Shown piece after piece: positions 26,401 through 38,560 of a stretch of DNA of 64,000 nt (position 1 is its first letter; each line of letters starts with the position of its first letter). The stretch is from Peribolospora baueri (taxonomy: Eukaryota), in NCBI GenBank assembly GCA_029717555.1, contig JAMDHS010000003.1, positions 1-64,000 on the forward strand, read 5' to 3'. The position numbers and the translations under genes are program-made. Below the pieces are notes generated by a model that had not been told where the DNA came from, searched no databases, and was given only the letters and a program-made list of their open reading frames with translations.

Positions 26401-29400
26401 CCCGTCATCCCCTGCGGATAGCACTGAGTTATTCAAGCCATGACGAATTGCACGCTAAACTCCTTGGAAAGCTAACGCCGGTGGTCTCCAAGCCCGACAA
26501 ACCCCGTGTGGGCTTTATGTGCTCTGGTCACGGAAGCCAGTACACTGGAATGGGCAAGTCGCTTATGGAGAGCTGTCCTACCTTCCGCCGCCTTCTTCAG
26601 CACTGCGACACGGTCTGCAGGGCCTACCATAAGCCAGGCATGATCGGCGTCATTGAGGGAGCGATCAACACGACCGACACCAGGGCATCTGCCGTCATCT
26701 CGACCCATGCGGCCATGTTCTCCGTCGGTTACGCGTTGGGAAAGATGTGGGAGCAATGGGGAGTCAAGCCTGCTGCGCTCGTGGGGCACAGCCTTGGAGA
26801 GTACACCGTGGCTTGTCTCGCCGGGATCATTTCATTGGAAAATGCGCTAAAGTTGGTCGTTCGTAGGGCCGAGCTCCTCGTCAAGCATTTTGAACCCAAT
26901 CATGACGGCATTCTTGCCGCCATCGTTCCCAAGGCCAAGGCGAGGAAGCACTTGTTTCACAGCGGCTGTCAAGACGTCAGCGTGGCATGCTTTAACGCTG
27001 CAGAACAAGTCTGCTTTGCGGGACCGCGTTCTGAGCTGAATCAGTTGAGCGCATATTTCAATCGAATCAAGCCGCCAATCAGCTGCAAACTGCTGGAATC
27101 GCCTTTCGCCTTCCACACGCCGCGCATGCAAGCCGTCTCAAAGGAGCTTCGGGAGGTCGTAGCCAATATCCCTTTCGAATCAACGTCTTGCTTAATCGGC
27201 CTCAATCTTACTGGCGGTGCCGCGCCGGCGGGGCAACCCATGGACGCGGAATACTTTCCCCGGCAGCTGGAGAGTCCGGTCGAGTTTAACAAGATGTTCA
27301 CAGAAGTCGGTCCAGAGGCGGACGTATGGCTCGACCTGAGCGCTTCGCCCGTCTGTCTCGGCCTTGCCAAGGAAGTCCTTTCTCCCGCTCACCTCCTTCC
27401 AACTCTGGAGCGGAACGTCGATTGCTGGAAGAGTATAACCCGGACACTGGTTCGGCTCGAGCACGCCGGCGTTGAGCTGGACTGGGGTGCTTATCATCGG
27501 GGTCAACAGGTCAAGCTCTTGTCTCTTCCGTCCTACCCATTCTGTCACTCCAACTTTTGGATCCCTTACCGCGACCGCGACCTCATGAATAGGAGGGTCG
27601 ACGCATCGACGCATCAATCCTGGAACACCGAGCTCGGCCCGGCGGAGCAGATCGCCGAGGACACCTTCGTCTTGGATTGCACTAACCCAGCGTTTGCCAA
27701 CTTGGTCAAAGGTCATGCCGTGGGAGGCGTGGGCATCGCTCCCGCTTCCTTTTACGTCTATCTGGCGCTCGAGCTGGCCAGTGGCATCATCGTCCGGAAT
27801 TTGGAAATTCTCAGGCCCTTGGTCGCTCAGAAGCAAGATCTGCGCTTCCTCCGAGTCTGCATTCGTAGCCCTCCCGACTCGTTTAAGGAGTGCCAGTTTT
27901 ACGCCAGCTCTACCAAGGGAGAGGAAGGTACTTTGGTCGCCCATTGCCGCACTCTCCGCGACGCCAAGCTCAAGGCGTTTGAAGGCCGGCTGCCGACCGT
28001 GGACTACGCGGACAAGATCTCAAAGCCGCTCTTCTACCGGATCTTCAGCTCTGCTGCCGAGTACGGTTGGGAATTTCAAGCTGTCGAATGTGTGCATCTT
28101 CAAAACGAGGGCAAGCGTGGAAGTGTACTGGCTGATGTTAATGTCCGCGCGATGGCAAGGAAAGGACGCCAATCTGTCGGACCGATTGCGCTCGATACCT
28201 GGATGCAACCGGCGGGCTTTGCGATGAACTTATTCTCCTCGGACAAACTATTCATTGTGGGGAGCATCAACGAGATCCATCTTCCGGGCGGCCCCATCTC
28301 GGCAGCGGAACAGCAAGGCGAGCAAGAAAAGTCGCTGCTCAGGGTCGGGGTCGACTTTTCCTGGACCAACGAGCAGAAGAACGAAGGCAAGGCCGACATC
28401 TGCGTCTTCAATAGCACCGGTCGTCGCGTCGCTTCCATTAAGGGTATGCGCTTTCAAGGTGTCAAGAGGGAAAGTTGGAGGGCTAACGTTGCCGGTTTGA
28501 GCGGGGCGGTCAGAACATCGCCACAGATCAGGTCGTCCTCCTCCTCCCTGGAAGCAGCACCGACATCGCAGCCGATGTCGCAGCCAGCAGAAGAGTCGCC
28601 GTGCTCGTTTTCGCTCGTGACGTCGTCGCCCCTGTCCAGCTACAATTCTAAGAGCGGTGACGATATCAACGCCGATGACGACGACAATGAACAGGTCCAA
28701 AGGCATCCTGTGGTCAGTTCGTCACAGGAGCCGCCGCCTCAAAAGCCTTCTTCTGGGTTCGATCCCGGCGAAGCGCGGGCGACGTTCAGGAAAGCGATCG
28801 TCGAGCAGCTCGGCGTGTCTGCCGACGCTGTCTACGACGATGCGAGCCTGAGCGGGCTTGGTGTGGATTCGATCATGTCGCTTAACCTGCAGAGCGAGTT
28901 CAACCGGCTCGTGGGGCACAAGTTTCCGCGCTTCGACTTGAATGGCGACTCGACGGTGGACGATGTCCTCTCCCAAGCCTTGGCTTTTTGTGAGAAGGTG
29001 CAAGGGGGAGGAGGGTCGAGCGATTCCGGGCACAAGCGCAAGTTTGCCCTCGAATTGGAGAGCGCTGATGCATCGTTCACGCCTACGGTCGCCTCGGAGC
29101 GGACGGACGACGTGGTACATGGACAGGAAAGCAGCACCATGGTCTTCATCCTTCCCGACGCTCTGGGCAACTTTGGCTTCCTCGAGCGCTTTTCGTCGTC
29201 GTCCATCGAAACTGCCCTGATGAGGTGGCCGGACACGTTCAAGGTCTACGACACGCTGCCTGAGCTCGCGATCAGTATGAGGACCAGAATCCTTTCCCTC
29301 GCGTGCGGGCGACCTTTCATCCTTGCAGGTAAGTGTTGCGATCCATTTCCCCAGCCCTTGCTCCGTTTCCTCGTCACCTGAACTGACGGTTTTAACCCCC

Positions 29401-29971
29401 TCTATTTTCCCCACGTGGGCTCACGGCAGGCCATTCTTTCGGTGGTCTTGTCGCATACCAGGTCGCTCGCGAGATCGCTCGTGTCCTAGACTATAAGGGG
29501 TACGGCCCGCTCTGCGGCCTGATGATCATCGATTCGCCTTATCCGCAAGCTCACCAACCGGTGAACGAGGCCATCTTCGAGCGGCTCATCGGACGGGCGT
29601 TGTACACCAGTCGCATCGGCAAGGAGCTGCGCCTGGCTAGGACGATCGTCGCCGACTACGGTGACATAAAGTACCATTGCAACCGTATGGCGGTGAATTT
29701 GCCAGTTACTCTGTTGTCCGCCGACAGTGTGCCGCCGAAGGAGCTCCTCCGTGGGGACGAGGACGAGCGCCGGTTCGATGCGAGTTGTTGCGGGAGCGAT
29801 TGGGACACGAATCGCTGGAAAGCTCCCTTCGGTGGGCGCCTGCGTGTCCACCAGCTGGAGGGCCACCACTTTGACCTGCTGGATGCGAAGCGGGAGCGGA
29901 CGAACGCGCCGCGGGTCGAGGAGGCTCTGAGGGAACTGATCGAGCGTTCCAAAGGCTACAGACGTGAGTGA
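23446..29971 (+). CDS. Non-reducing iterative type I polyketide synthase, SAT-KS-AT-PT-ACP-TE (orsellinic-acid-synthase-like architecture)
   Basis: SAT GFSSG and PYH; KS DTACSSS, EAHGTGTQAGD, KPNIGHSEAASG; AT GHSLGE, AFH; PT GHAVGGVGIAPAS and LDTWMQ; ACP LGVDSIMS; TE AG|HSFGG, IIDSP, GHHF. Introns 24133-24201, 24913-24978, 25267-25337 (GC-AG) and about 29329-29429. No KR/ER/MT motifs seen. Confidence 0.95.
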
Positions 29972-30592
29972 CGAGGTTGGAGGCTACAATGGCGATACAT
30001 GTAAATACGATCGATGAGTTGCTATCCAGTCTGTCTGTCTCGTCTCTTATGTTCCCATCCCGACCTTGCGCTGTGACGTCACGATTGCAAAGCGGCGCTG
30101 CTTTGTCTCCTTCCTCCGTCCGTAGCGTGGACGGTCCGACTGAGCGCCATGAGGCGGCGCAGTGCCTGTATAAAATAAGCCTCGCGTCGTCAAGCACGTC
30201 ACGTCACAGCGCATCGCATCGCAACCAGCTGGGCGGACGGCGAAAGCGAGGCAAGGATGGCGGTGGGCGATGACGATTTGGCGTCGTCGCACTCTCCCTC
30301 GCCGTTGCCGTCGCCGTCGCCTTGGCGGGCGCTCAGCCGAGACCATTGTTGACGGCGAGCCCATTTCATTGATTGTGCGCGGCGTGCTGTTCACCTTGCG
30401 GAGCGCCGTTGTCGGTCCACTCGACGTCGTCGTCGCCTTGTTTTTTTTTTCCTCTTTCTTTTCAGTCCTGATCGGAAATGAACGTTGGCACTCCCATCGG
30501 CACCGAACTCACCTCCCCCATTTCCGTCGACGTATACGTCCCTCGTCAGCCGACTTGCGCCCCTGTTGACTGACCTACGCTGACGAGCGCTT

Positions 30593-30601
30593 CACATATA
30601 A
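30593..30601 (+). promoter_or_regulatory. CACATATAA TATA element of secreted protein B
   Basis: 212 nt upstream of ATG 30805; identical to the element upstream of paralog A. Confidence 0.6.
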
Positions 30602-30804
30602 GGGGCGGACCTTCTACGGCGTCCTTCCCTCATCGACCGCTCTGACATACACCCTCTTTTTGACACTACCCTCTCCCCTCGTCTTACCACTTTCCTTCCT
30701 TTGGTGTTCCTCCCCGCCTGCCTCGCTCCCTTCGTCCTTACCCAAAACCCCGTCCTCACAAAGACTCTCCACCGCCCCCCTGATCTCATTGGCAAAGACA
30801 GAAC

Positions 30805-31749
30805 ATGATCATGTTCCTCATACGCAACGTCCTCGCCCTCCTTCTAGTCGCTCTCATCGCCTCGACCATCCTCACCGACACCAGCGCGGCGGACGCTCGC
30901 ATGGTCCGTAAGAGCGTCAACGCCCCTCACGTGGCCGCGGTGGAGAAGCGCCAGGGACAGGACCCGACGAGCATCATCACCAGCGTCCTCGACCAGCTCC
31001 TTGGAGAGCTCACCGGGCCGCTAGGTCAGCTCGGTGAGTGGACCGGAAAGGAGCATTGTCATCGCCGGTAGAACCCGTGCTCAACCATCTGCTCTCGTTC
31101 ATCCTTTTGGCCTCGCTTCAAATCCAGGATCCGTTGCCAATACCAGTGGCGCCACCAGTTCGGCCCTCTCAAGCCCCGTCAACGCCCTCGATGGCGTCCT
31201 CCAATCCGCCGTCGCTTCTCTCGGCAAGCTCAGCACTCAAGGTGTCAACACCAACGTCTCGTCCACCGGGACCGGGACGGACCCAGTGACCGCTACCGCC
31301 ACGCAGGTGTTACAGAACATCAACGTCGGCCTCGGTCAGATTGAGAGCAAGCTGCAGAGTGAGTTCTGTCCGACGACACTCGACGGACTGGTGGCCTCAA
31401 CCTACGCACCTACCTACGCGTTTCCTTCGTCTTCACAGGCATCCCCGGCGTCGGAAGTGTCCTCTCCCCCGTCGACCAGTCGCTCAACACGCTCATCACC
31501 TCGCTCGAGACGGTCGCCACCGGCGTCACCGGCCAGCTGGGCGGCGCGTGAGTGCACGTCCGTCCCATCGAGTCCGCTTGCAATTGGTTCGCGATGATGG
31601 TTCACCTCGCTCACTTCTCCGTCCCTCCCTCCCTTCTTCTTCTACCCCCATCATCGTCTCCACACGCAAACACCCCCCACAGCCTCGCGCCCGTCGCTCA
31701 GACCCTCTCTGGCCTCGGCCTCAATAACCTCCTTGGCGGTCTCCTCTGA
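30805..31749 (+). CDS. Small secreted helical protein B (paralog of 19020-19919), 4 exons, Kex2-like KR site, no Cys
   Basis: Signal MIMFLIRNVLALLLVALIAS; VEKR|QGQDP; introns 31034-31127, 31359-31438 and 31548-31682; ends QTLSGLGLNNLLGGLL*. Confidence 0.8.
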
Positions 31750-31790
31750 TTTCCTGATCCTCTCTCTGGTCGAGCAGAGCAGGTCTCGCT

Positions 31791-31813
31791 CCGACCGACC
31801 GACCGACCGACCG
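31791..31813. repeat. (CCGA)5 microsatellite in 3' flank
   Basis: Read directly. Confidence 0.8.
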
Positions 31814-32191
31814 GAAGACTGAACGACCGCCGCGGGCGGCGTCCCTCTCGTCAGTTGCCCATGTCCCAATGAGGGTCACTGCGACGTGCGCCCGCCCTCT
31901 TCTCACACAGTTGGTAACAGAACCAGTCTGGGCTCGTGAAACGTCTAGCCGAGACGATGATGGGGACCGTACAGACGTTTTCCGGCTGCTCTTTTCGTCT
32001 GCCTACCTACGTCGACCGGATCGATCGAAGGAGGGGTAGGGAGCCATGTTTTTAGGGCGCGCGGAAGAACAGGCGCGGGGCGGAAGGAGGCAAATGGAAA
32101 CTGTTGCTACTTGATTACCGTTGAAAAAATGGAGCATTTTGAACATGGAAAATGTCGCGTCGCGTCGCACCCGTCCACAATCTAGTCTAGT

Positions 32192-34496
32192 CTACTCTAC
32201 ATGACGACCGTCGTCAGCCTCCGGAGATCCGTCCTCCCCGTGCTTCCCTGGCGAGCGGGGCGAGGGCGGGGACGGGGGCACGGGCGAGGGCGAAGGCGAG
32301 GGCACGGTGGAAAGGCGGGAGCGACGCGGCGCGGCCGCCGCAGACCGGTGGTTCCTGGGCGGCACCTTGGCCACTTCGTCAAGAGGCGTGCGCGGGCCTA
32401 GGAAAGGGTGCACCCAAAACGCGCCCCGCACCTGGCGTCCTTCTACCTTCACCATGGTCCGGCTCGTCTTAAACCCGTAGTTCTGACAACCACCCACGTC
32501 GAACACACGAAGGAGACGAACGCGGGTCAGGCAAGACACGGAAAGACAAAGCCGGCCGATAGGATCGTTCCTGCGTGTGCCCCACTCACATGCAGCTGCC
32601 TCGCGAACGAATCTATGCTCTTCTGAGCGGGAAAGCTGCGAGGACGTAAAAGGAACAAGAAAGAGCCCGGTCAATCAAAGCCCAATAGCGAGAAGGAAAG
32701 CAGGCGGAGGGAAGTACGTACTATCTGCGTTGGACGCGCTTGACAAAGGCCTTAATGTCAAAGATTCTCAGCCCATGTCGACGTTCCTCGTCGCCCATCT
32801 CTTCCCACGCGATAATGTCCGGATGGCAGCCGCTTTCGACGACGCTAAAAGTACAAAGGCACACGGCACGGGCGGCGTGTGAGTCCATCTGAAAGTGTCT
32901 TCCCGCCAAACAAATCCAAGCGGGAAAGAGCGCCACTCACCGGTACACCGTACACAGGAAGCTTTCGCGCGGGGAGACAATCCGACGCGCCGTCGCCTTC
33001 CCCTCCTGCTCGTCCGGACTTGCTGAGCGACGCTGCGGAGACGGTATCGAGCCCTCATCTTCCCTGATCACCTCCGTCTTTCCCTCCTCCTTCCCACAAA
33101 CCTGCGAAAGACCTCCCGCGATGCTCGAAGCGCTGTCCTTATCATCGTTAAGAGAACGAACGGTGATGGTGTCGAAGAACTGCTCGGAATGAAACCCCTC
33201 TTCTCCCGACGGTTCGCCCAAGTTTGCGTTCTCCAGCTCTGTCGGATTGTCTCTTCCTTCGGTGGAAGAAGCGTGGGCAGAGAGAGCGGTCTCGGCGGGG
33301 GTGTTGCAACGTTCTGCATTGCCATCCGCAGCAGTGACGGCGCCAGGTCCGTCCTCCTCGCCGAGCGATTCGACGGCCTCAAGGATGGCGGGGCTGACCG
33401 GGCTGACCGAGGTTTGAGGCGTGCTGGGGAGGGAGAGGGCTCCGGCGAGCGAGGAGGTATACGAGGAGCGCCGAGGGAGATCGAGGTCCACCGGATCACA
33501 CATGGAGGAGACGGAGTCCAACCACCAGCGGCTGCTACTATCGCCAGTGGACGTCTCCACGTCCATGAACGGCCAGTCCAGCCCAGCGGCAAAGTCTTCG
33601 ACCTGAAAAGCGCACATGTCCATGGTGAAGCCTCCGTGTCTCTCGACGCATGGGCAGTTGTGGTGAAACAGCTCGCTCGAGCAGGCCACGCTACCTCCTA
33701 GGTGCACGCTGCCGCGGCCGCCGAACGTCGTCTCCATCTGTCGAGCGTATCCTGGGTACTTTAGAAAAGCTGTGTCGGCTGGCGCTGTTTTTACAGAGCA
33801 CTGGAACGGCGTGCTGAGAGACAATGGCTGAAAGGCGACAGATGTGAGCGCCTGACAAAGGAGGGGTGAATTGGAGAGAGGTGACAGTGCCGAGGAAGAT
33901 AGGAGGGTGGGTGGGCCATGTGGTTCGCAAGGCGGTTGGGGAAGCTGGACAGAGGGGTGTACTGAAGGACAACAAGACGGTGATGACGGCAACGGTAGTT
34001 GCGAAGGTGTCGGTGGGGCGAGCGGACGGGCGTCAGCTTGCTCGACTCGCTGCAAATCAGACCTCCATCTTGTAGGTTCGAGCGTGTGTGGACTACCGTC
34101 AGGAAGGCTTAGCGGAGGAGAAAGGAGCGCACGCAACTGGCTCTGAGAGCGCTGTACATTTGACTCGCTCTCGTCGGAGGGTGTTCTCCGACCATCGGGC
34201 ACAGTTCCGTGAGCGCTCGAGGAGGCGGAGTGGGTGTACTGAAGAGGAACAGGGTGAATGGACGGAGGCCGCGCAGAGGTGAATGCTCGACCGTCTGGGG
34301 CGACCTGGAGAGTGAGCGATGTGAGGGGCGTCTCGTTGGCTTGGAGGCCGGGGCAGGGTACGGCGTAGGTGGACCGAGGAGACGGGAGGGTAGCCAGGAA
34401 AGAGGTGCGAGCAGCCGAATGGAGCGGACGAGGCCGCACGGCCGAACGGAGAGTGCGATCGAAGGGTAAGATGGGCTTGCGAGTGCGCTTCGACAT
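32192..34496 (-). CDS. Transcription factor with C-terminal HSF-type DNA-binding domain (start uncertain)
   Basis: Splicing exons 34496-32941, 32844-32722, 32635-32590 and 32482-32192 gives SFLCTVYR-VVESGCHPDIIAW...LRIFDIKAFVKRVQRRYFPAQKSIDSFARQLHNYGFK...AFWVHPFL, matching the HSF FL.KLY/I.W/SFVRQLN.YGF/F.HP.F pattern. Confidence 0.75.
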
Positions 34497-35415
34497 GACC
34501 TGTGGAGGGAGGAGTGGATGTAGCTCGAAGGGGTTCAATCGCAATCAGCGAAGAGAGAGGCTTGCTTTGTCCGTAGGGCTCGGAGGAGACGGAGAAGAAA
34601 GGCTCCGAGGTGTCACGACAACTGTGAGAAGGTAAGAATCGGAGGACAAGGATGAATGGCGGCTGGCGGTGAGGGGTGATAAAAGAGAGAAAGGGCCGTG
34701 GAGTGGAAAGAAGGGACGAGGTGGGTGCAATGGTCGGTTTTATCTGCCGAGACAACGACGGCGACGGGGATGGAAGGATGGCAAGACGATGGCCGGCTGG
34801 CTCCCCGTCCGATGGTGCCCGTTTAGACAATCTGCCGGTCTGCCTGGCTTGGCTTGGATTGGCTTGGCTTGGGTTGCTTTGGCTCGTTGGAAGGCACGGA
34901 GATGAGAGACAAGGGGGAGAGAGGCTGGTGGTGGAAGAAGGTGGCGCTGGATGGATGAGGACGAGGGTGATGGTCGTGTGAGTTGGGTGTGGTTGCGCCG
35001 CCGTCGCGTCGCCTCGCCTCGCCTGTCGCCTATCACGCCACGTCGTTTTGGGGTCGTCGTGGATTCGGCCAGCCGGACGGGCCTCGTCTGGTTCGTCGAG
35101 TCGAGCTAGCAAGGGTGCGCGGAGGCATGGAATGGAGCAAGAGGGAGCGGATGAGCGGTGAGCAGACAAGGTGGGAGAAAGAAAGAAAGAGGCGTCACCC
35201 ACCGTTGGTCGCTATGAGATGCTCTACCATGCCCTGCGCCAAGTCACGTCGACCACCGACCGAGCGAGGAGAGACGCACGCGTGGAGGAGAGGCTGACGC
35301 CGACGTCGGCGCAACGCACACCAGCCATGCAAGGCAACCGTCGGCGTGGACAAGGCTGGCCAAAAACGAACGAATGGATATCATCCATTTGACAGGCGGC
35401 GACAACGACGGCGGG

Positions 35416-35475
35416 CAGCAGCAACAACAACGATACCAACAACAACAACAACAACAACAACAACAGCAACAACAG
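35416..35475. repeat. Imperfect (CAA/CAG)n microsatellite in HSF/Pol31 divergent intergenic region
   Basis: Read directly. Confidence 0.85.
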
Positions 35476-35895
35476 ACAACACACAAACACCGGCAAGCAA
35501 ACACACAACCGGGCGCTAAGAAGGCAGCCCTTTCCCGAGACCCGTGTTGTCGGCGTCCCCACTCCGCTCATCGCCTGGGAGGGCGTTGATACCACGCAAC
35601 GGCCAAAAGAGAAAAACAAGCTTGTGTAGACAGGTCCATCACCTTATCTCCTCGGACCTTTGAACCGCACTCGGAATAAGGACGAGCGACCGACGAGCTG
35701 CACCAACCAACACTCGGCGCGACGACATCGTGTCGGGACACAAAGCGTGGCCTGTGCGTCCACCCGCAGTTGCTGCGGTGCATACGCGTCCGATCGACAC
35801 GAGGCGCGTAAATGAATCGAGCCGAGTCGGACCACTATTCCGTTCATTCCTTCGCTCGCCCATCGTCGCCTCGCATTCTCTCCATCGCGCCCATT

Positions 35896-38225
35896 ATGAC
35901 GAGCGTGGACAGACCCCCAGCGCCCTCCCTAACCCGCCTCACAACCACCTTTGATCCCCTCCCCGCCCTCTCCGATCTCTTCCTCCACAAGTCCGGCTCC
36001 AAGAGCTACACGCAACAGTATGCCAACATTTACTTTATCCGTCTTCGCATGCTCGGCGGCCGAGCTCTCCAGAGCGCCCAGGCGCTGTGGGATGGTGAGT
36101 CCGTGGAAAAAAGGGGTGTCTTCCTCGTCCAGTAGACTCCCTTCTGGTCGTACAAGAGGACAATGGATGACATTGTCCGCTCCCATTGCGTCAGACCAAG
36201 ACCCCAAGCCGAAACACGTCCAGCGCATCCTAGACGTGGAGCAAGGAGAGCTGTGCTACATCGTCGGCACGGTGTACATGGACATGCCTCTCAAGCCCAG
36301 CGTGTTGGACGATATCACCAAGGAGGTGAGAGAGCGAGCCCCGTGCCCCACTCCGGCCGAAAATAGGACAAATTGGAATAGCCGCCGTCTTGCTGATCCG
36401 CTTCGCAACCTCTCCTTCCACCGTTTTTTCCGCTCCTCCACGTTTCAGCAATGGGTCACCGCTCCTCCGCCCCGGACAAAATTCTGCGGACCGGATGACG
36501 AGATGATGCTGGAGGACGAGAGCGGACGTGTCAAGCTCGTTGGCGACCGCTTGGCCACTTTTAGGGATCGGCTCGTCACTGGTGAGCTTTGTCTGGTCGC
36601 AGGCGCGAGGGGGGTGAGAGCAGCGTGGTGGGCGGGGACAAACGAGCGGTTTGGCCAGAACGACGTTGCCGATCCATGACTCCCCCCTCTCTTGTCGCCC
36701 TCCGCTGGCTCGTTTTTTGTAGGCATCATCGTAGGTGTACTCGGCGCCGAAACGAGCGCGGGCGATTTTGAGGTGGTCGACATCTGCTTTCCTGGCTTGC
36801 CCAAGCAGATGCCCGCCGTCAACGCAGGTGCGTGTGTCTTCTCTTCTGCAGCCACCGACGAAGCCGTTCATGCAGACGCCCATATGCTGTCGTTCTTTCC
36901 TTCCTTCCCTCCTGTCAGCCGTCAAGGCCGAGCCGGCGGGAAATGATGACGATAACAGCGACGAGGGACCGTGGGTCGCCATCGCTTCCGGTCTGGACGT
37001 CGGAGCGTCCAACGCGCTCGCCGAGATGCGATTACAACTGCTCGTCGAAATGCTCACGGGCGAGTTGGGCGGTGAGGAGGTGAGCGGCCGGCGGCGTTCG
37101 ACCGTCGTTTCGACCGTCGCTCACCTCGGACGTCTTCTGATGACGACCGACGTTCTTTCACTCTCGAACGACATTTGCAGGATCAAGTAGCCAGCGCCAA
37201 GATCTCGCGGCTCATCATCGCGGGCAATTCCATGGCCCAGCCGGTGCGAGCCGAGGATGACAAAAAGGCGGTGAGCAGTGCGCTCGGCGCCTTCTCTAGC
37301 GGAACGTTTGGCATCGCTGACGTCTCCTCTCATTCTCTTCTTTCCTCTTTGCCATCATCGATCAGAAACGATACGGCTACGATTCTTCTACCTACTCCGA
37401 CAAGCCGACGACCACGCTCGACGAGCTTCTGACCGACATTGCCTCGACCATGAAAGTCGACCTCATGCCAGGAGAGAACGACCCCGCGGCAGTGACGATG
37501 CCGCAACAGCCTGTTCACTTTGCCCTCCTGCCCCGGGCGAGTCGATTCGACAGCTTGAATTTCCGGAGCAACCCTTGGTGGGCGGAGATCGCGGGGAGGA
37601 CGTGAGTGTCCTCGTCATCCGTTTGAGACGAGCGCAAGCCTTGGCTCTTCCTTTTTCCACTGATCACTCGACCTGTCGTCGATTGGCCAAATGCTCACTG
37701 TTTTCCTTTTGTCCACCTTACTCGACAGCTTTTTGGGTACATCTGGCCAGACGCTTGACGACATTTTCAAGTACGTCGAGTCGGACGACCGGTTGCAGAT
37801 GGCATGCGACACGCTCGAGTGGAACCACATAGCGCCCACCGCCCCGGACACGCTTTGTGAGTCCTTTCCATCCCTCTATCTATGTCAGGCCCCGCCCAAC
37901 CTCCTCTGACCCTGCCTCTTTCCTCCGCCTTCGCCTCGCTCCCCGAACTCGTACAGGGTGCTACCCCTTTGTGGACCGAGACCCGTTTGTCATCTCCCAA
38001 TCTCCACACGTCTATTTTGCTGGGAACCAGCCCCGGCTGGAGTCCAAACTGATCCAAGGTGGCGACAAAGAGGGAGGAAGCGGGGAAGGCCAACCCGTTC
38101 TTGTCGTTTTGGTGCCGAGGTTCGCCGAGACGGGAGAGGTGGCGCTCGTGAATTGTAGAACGCTCGAGTGTCGGAGATTGTGCGTCGAGGTGCCGAGGGC
38201 GTGGATGGGGGAGGAGGAGCGATAG
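35896..38225 (+). CDS. pol31: DNA polymerase delta small subunit (POLD2/Pol31/Cdc1)
   Basis: YTQQYANIYFIRL, CYIVGTVYMDMPLKPSVL, LEDESGRVKLVG, LVTG, ISRLIIAGNS, MPGENDP, MPQQP, FLGTSGQ, HIAPTAPDTLWCYP, DPFVI..PHVYFAGNQ, VPRFAETG. Confidence 0.95.
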
Positions 38226-38560
38226 TCGATGGGGATGGAAGGGGACGCGGGGCGGGGATTAGCTCTCGGGTGATATCGTTCCGTATGGGCCTCTTCCCAT
38301 TGAGATGGGTTCCTCTTGCATGACCATGGAATCTAGCGGTGTGGTTTGCTTTGCTGAGCGAAACGGATCTGCAACGAAGCGGGCGCACAGCTGACCTGCT
38401 GCTGGCTGACAAAGGAACGACGGATAGAAGAATTCTTCGCTTCGCTCGTCGAGCCACAGCATACGCCGTCTTTCTCCTACACCAACCCTTCCTCCCCCCC
38501 AACCCCCCCCGATAAGGTGGCGAGCGAACGGAACACAGCCTCCTCGGTGGCCTGTCTGCC

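Noticed and set aside
30073..30207. GTGACGTCAC palindrome and ACGTCA repeats (ATF/CREB-like) upstream of secreted protein B
   Set aside because: ACGTC words are frequent throughout the window, and these lie in the probable PKS 3' UTR; significance cannot be supported
34099..35202. 367-aa minus-strand ORF upstream of the HSF-like gene
   Set aside because: Low-complexity and repeat-derived, overlapping the real ORF in another frame; more likely promoter/5' UTR with an intron ending just before ATG 34496
35224..35619. Poly-Gln, poly-Cys and poly-Leu ORFs
   Set aside because: Artefacts of the CAA repeat; no splice or domain support
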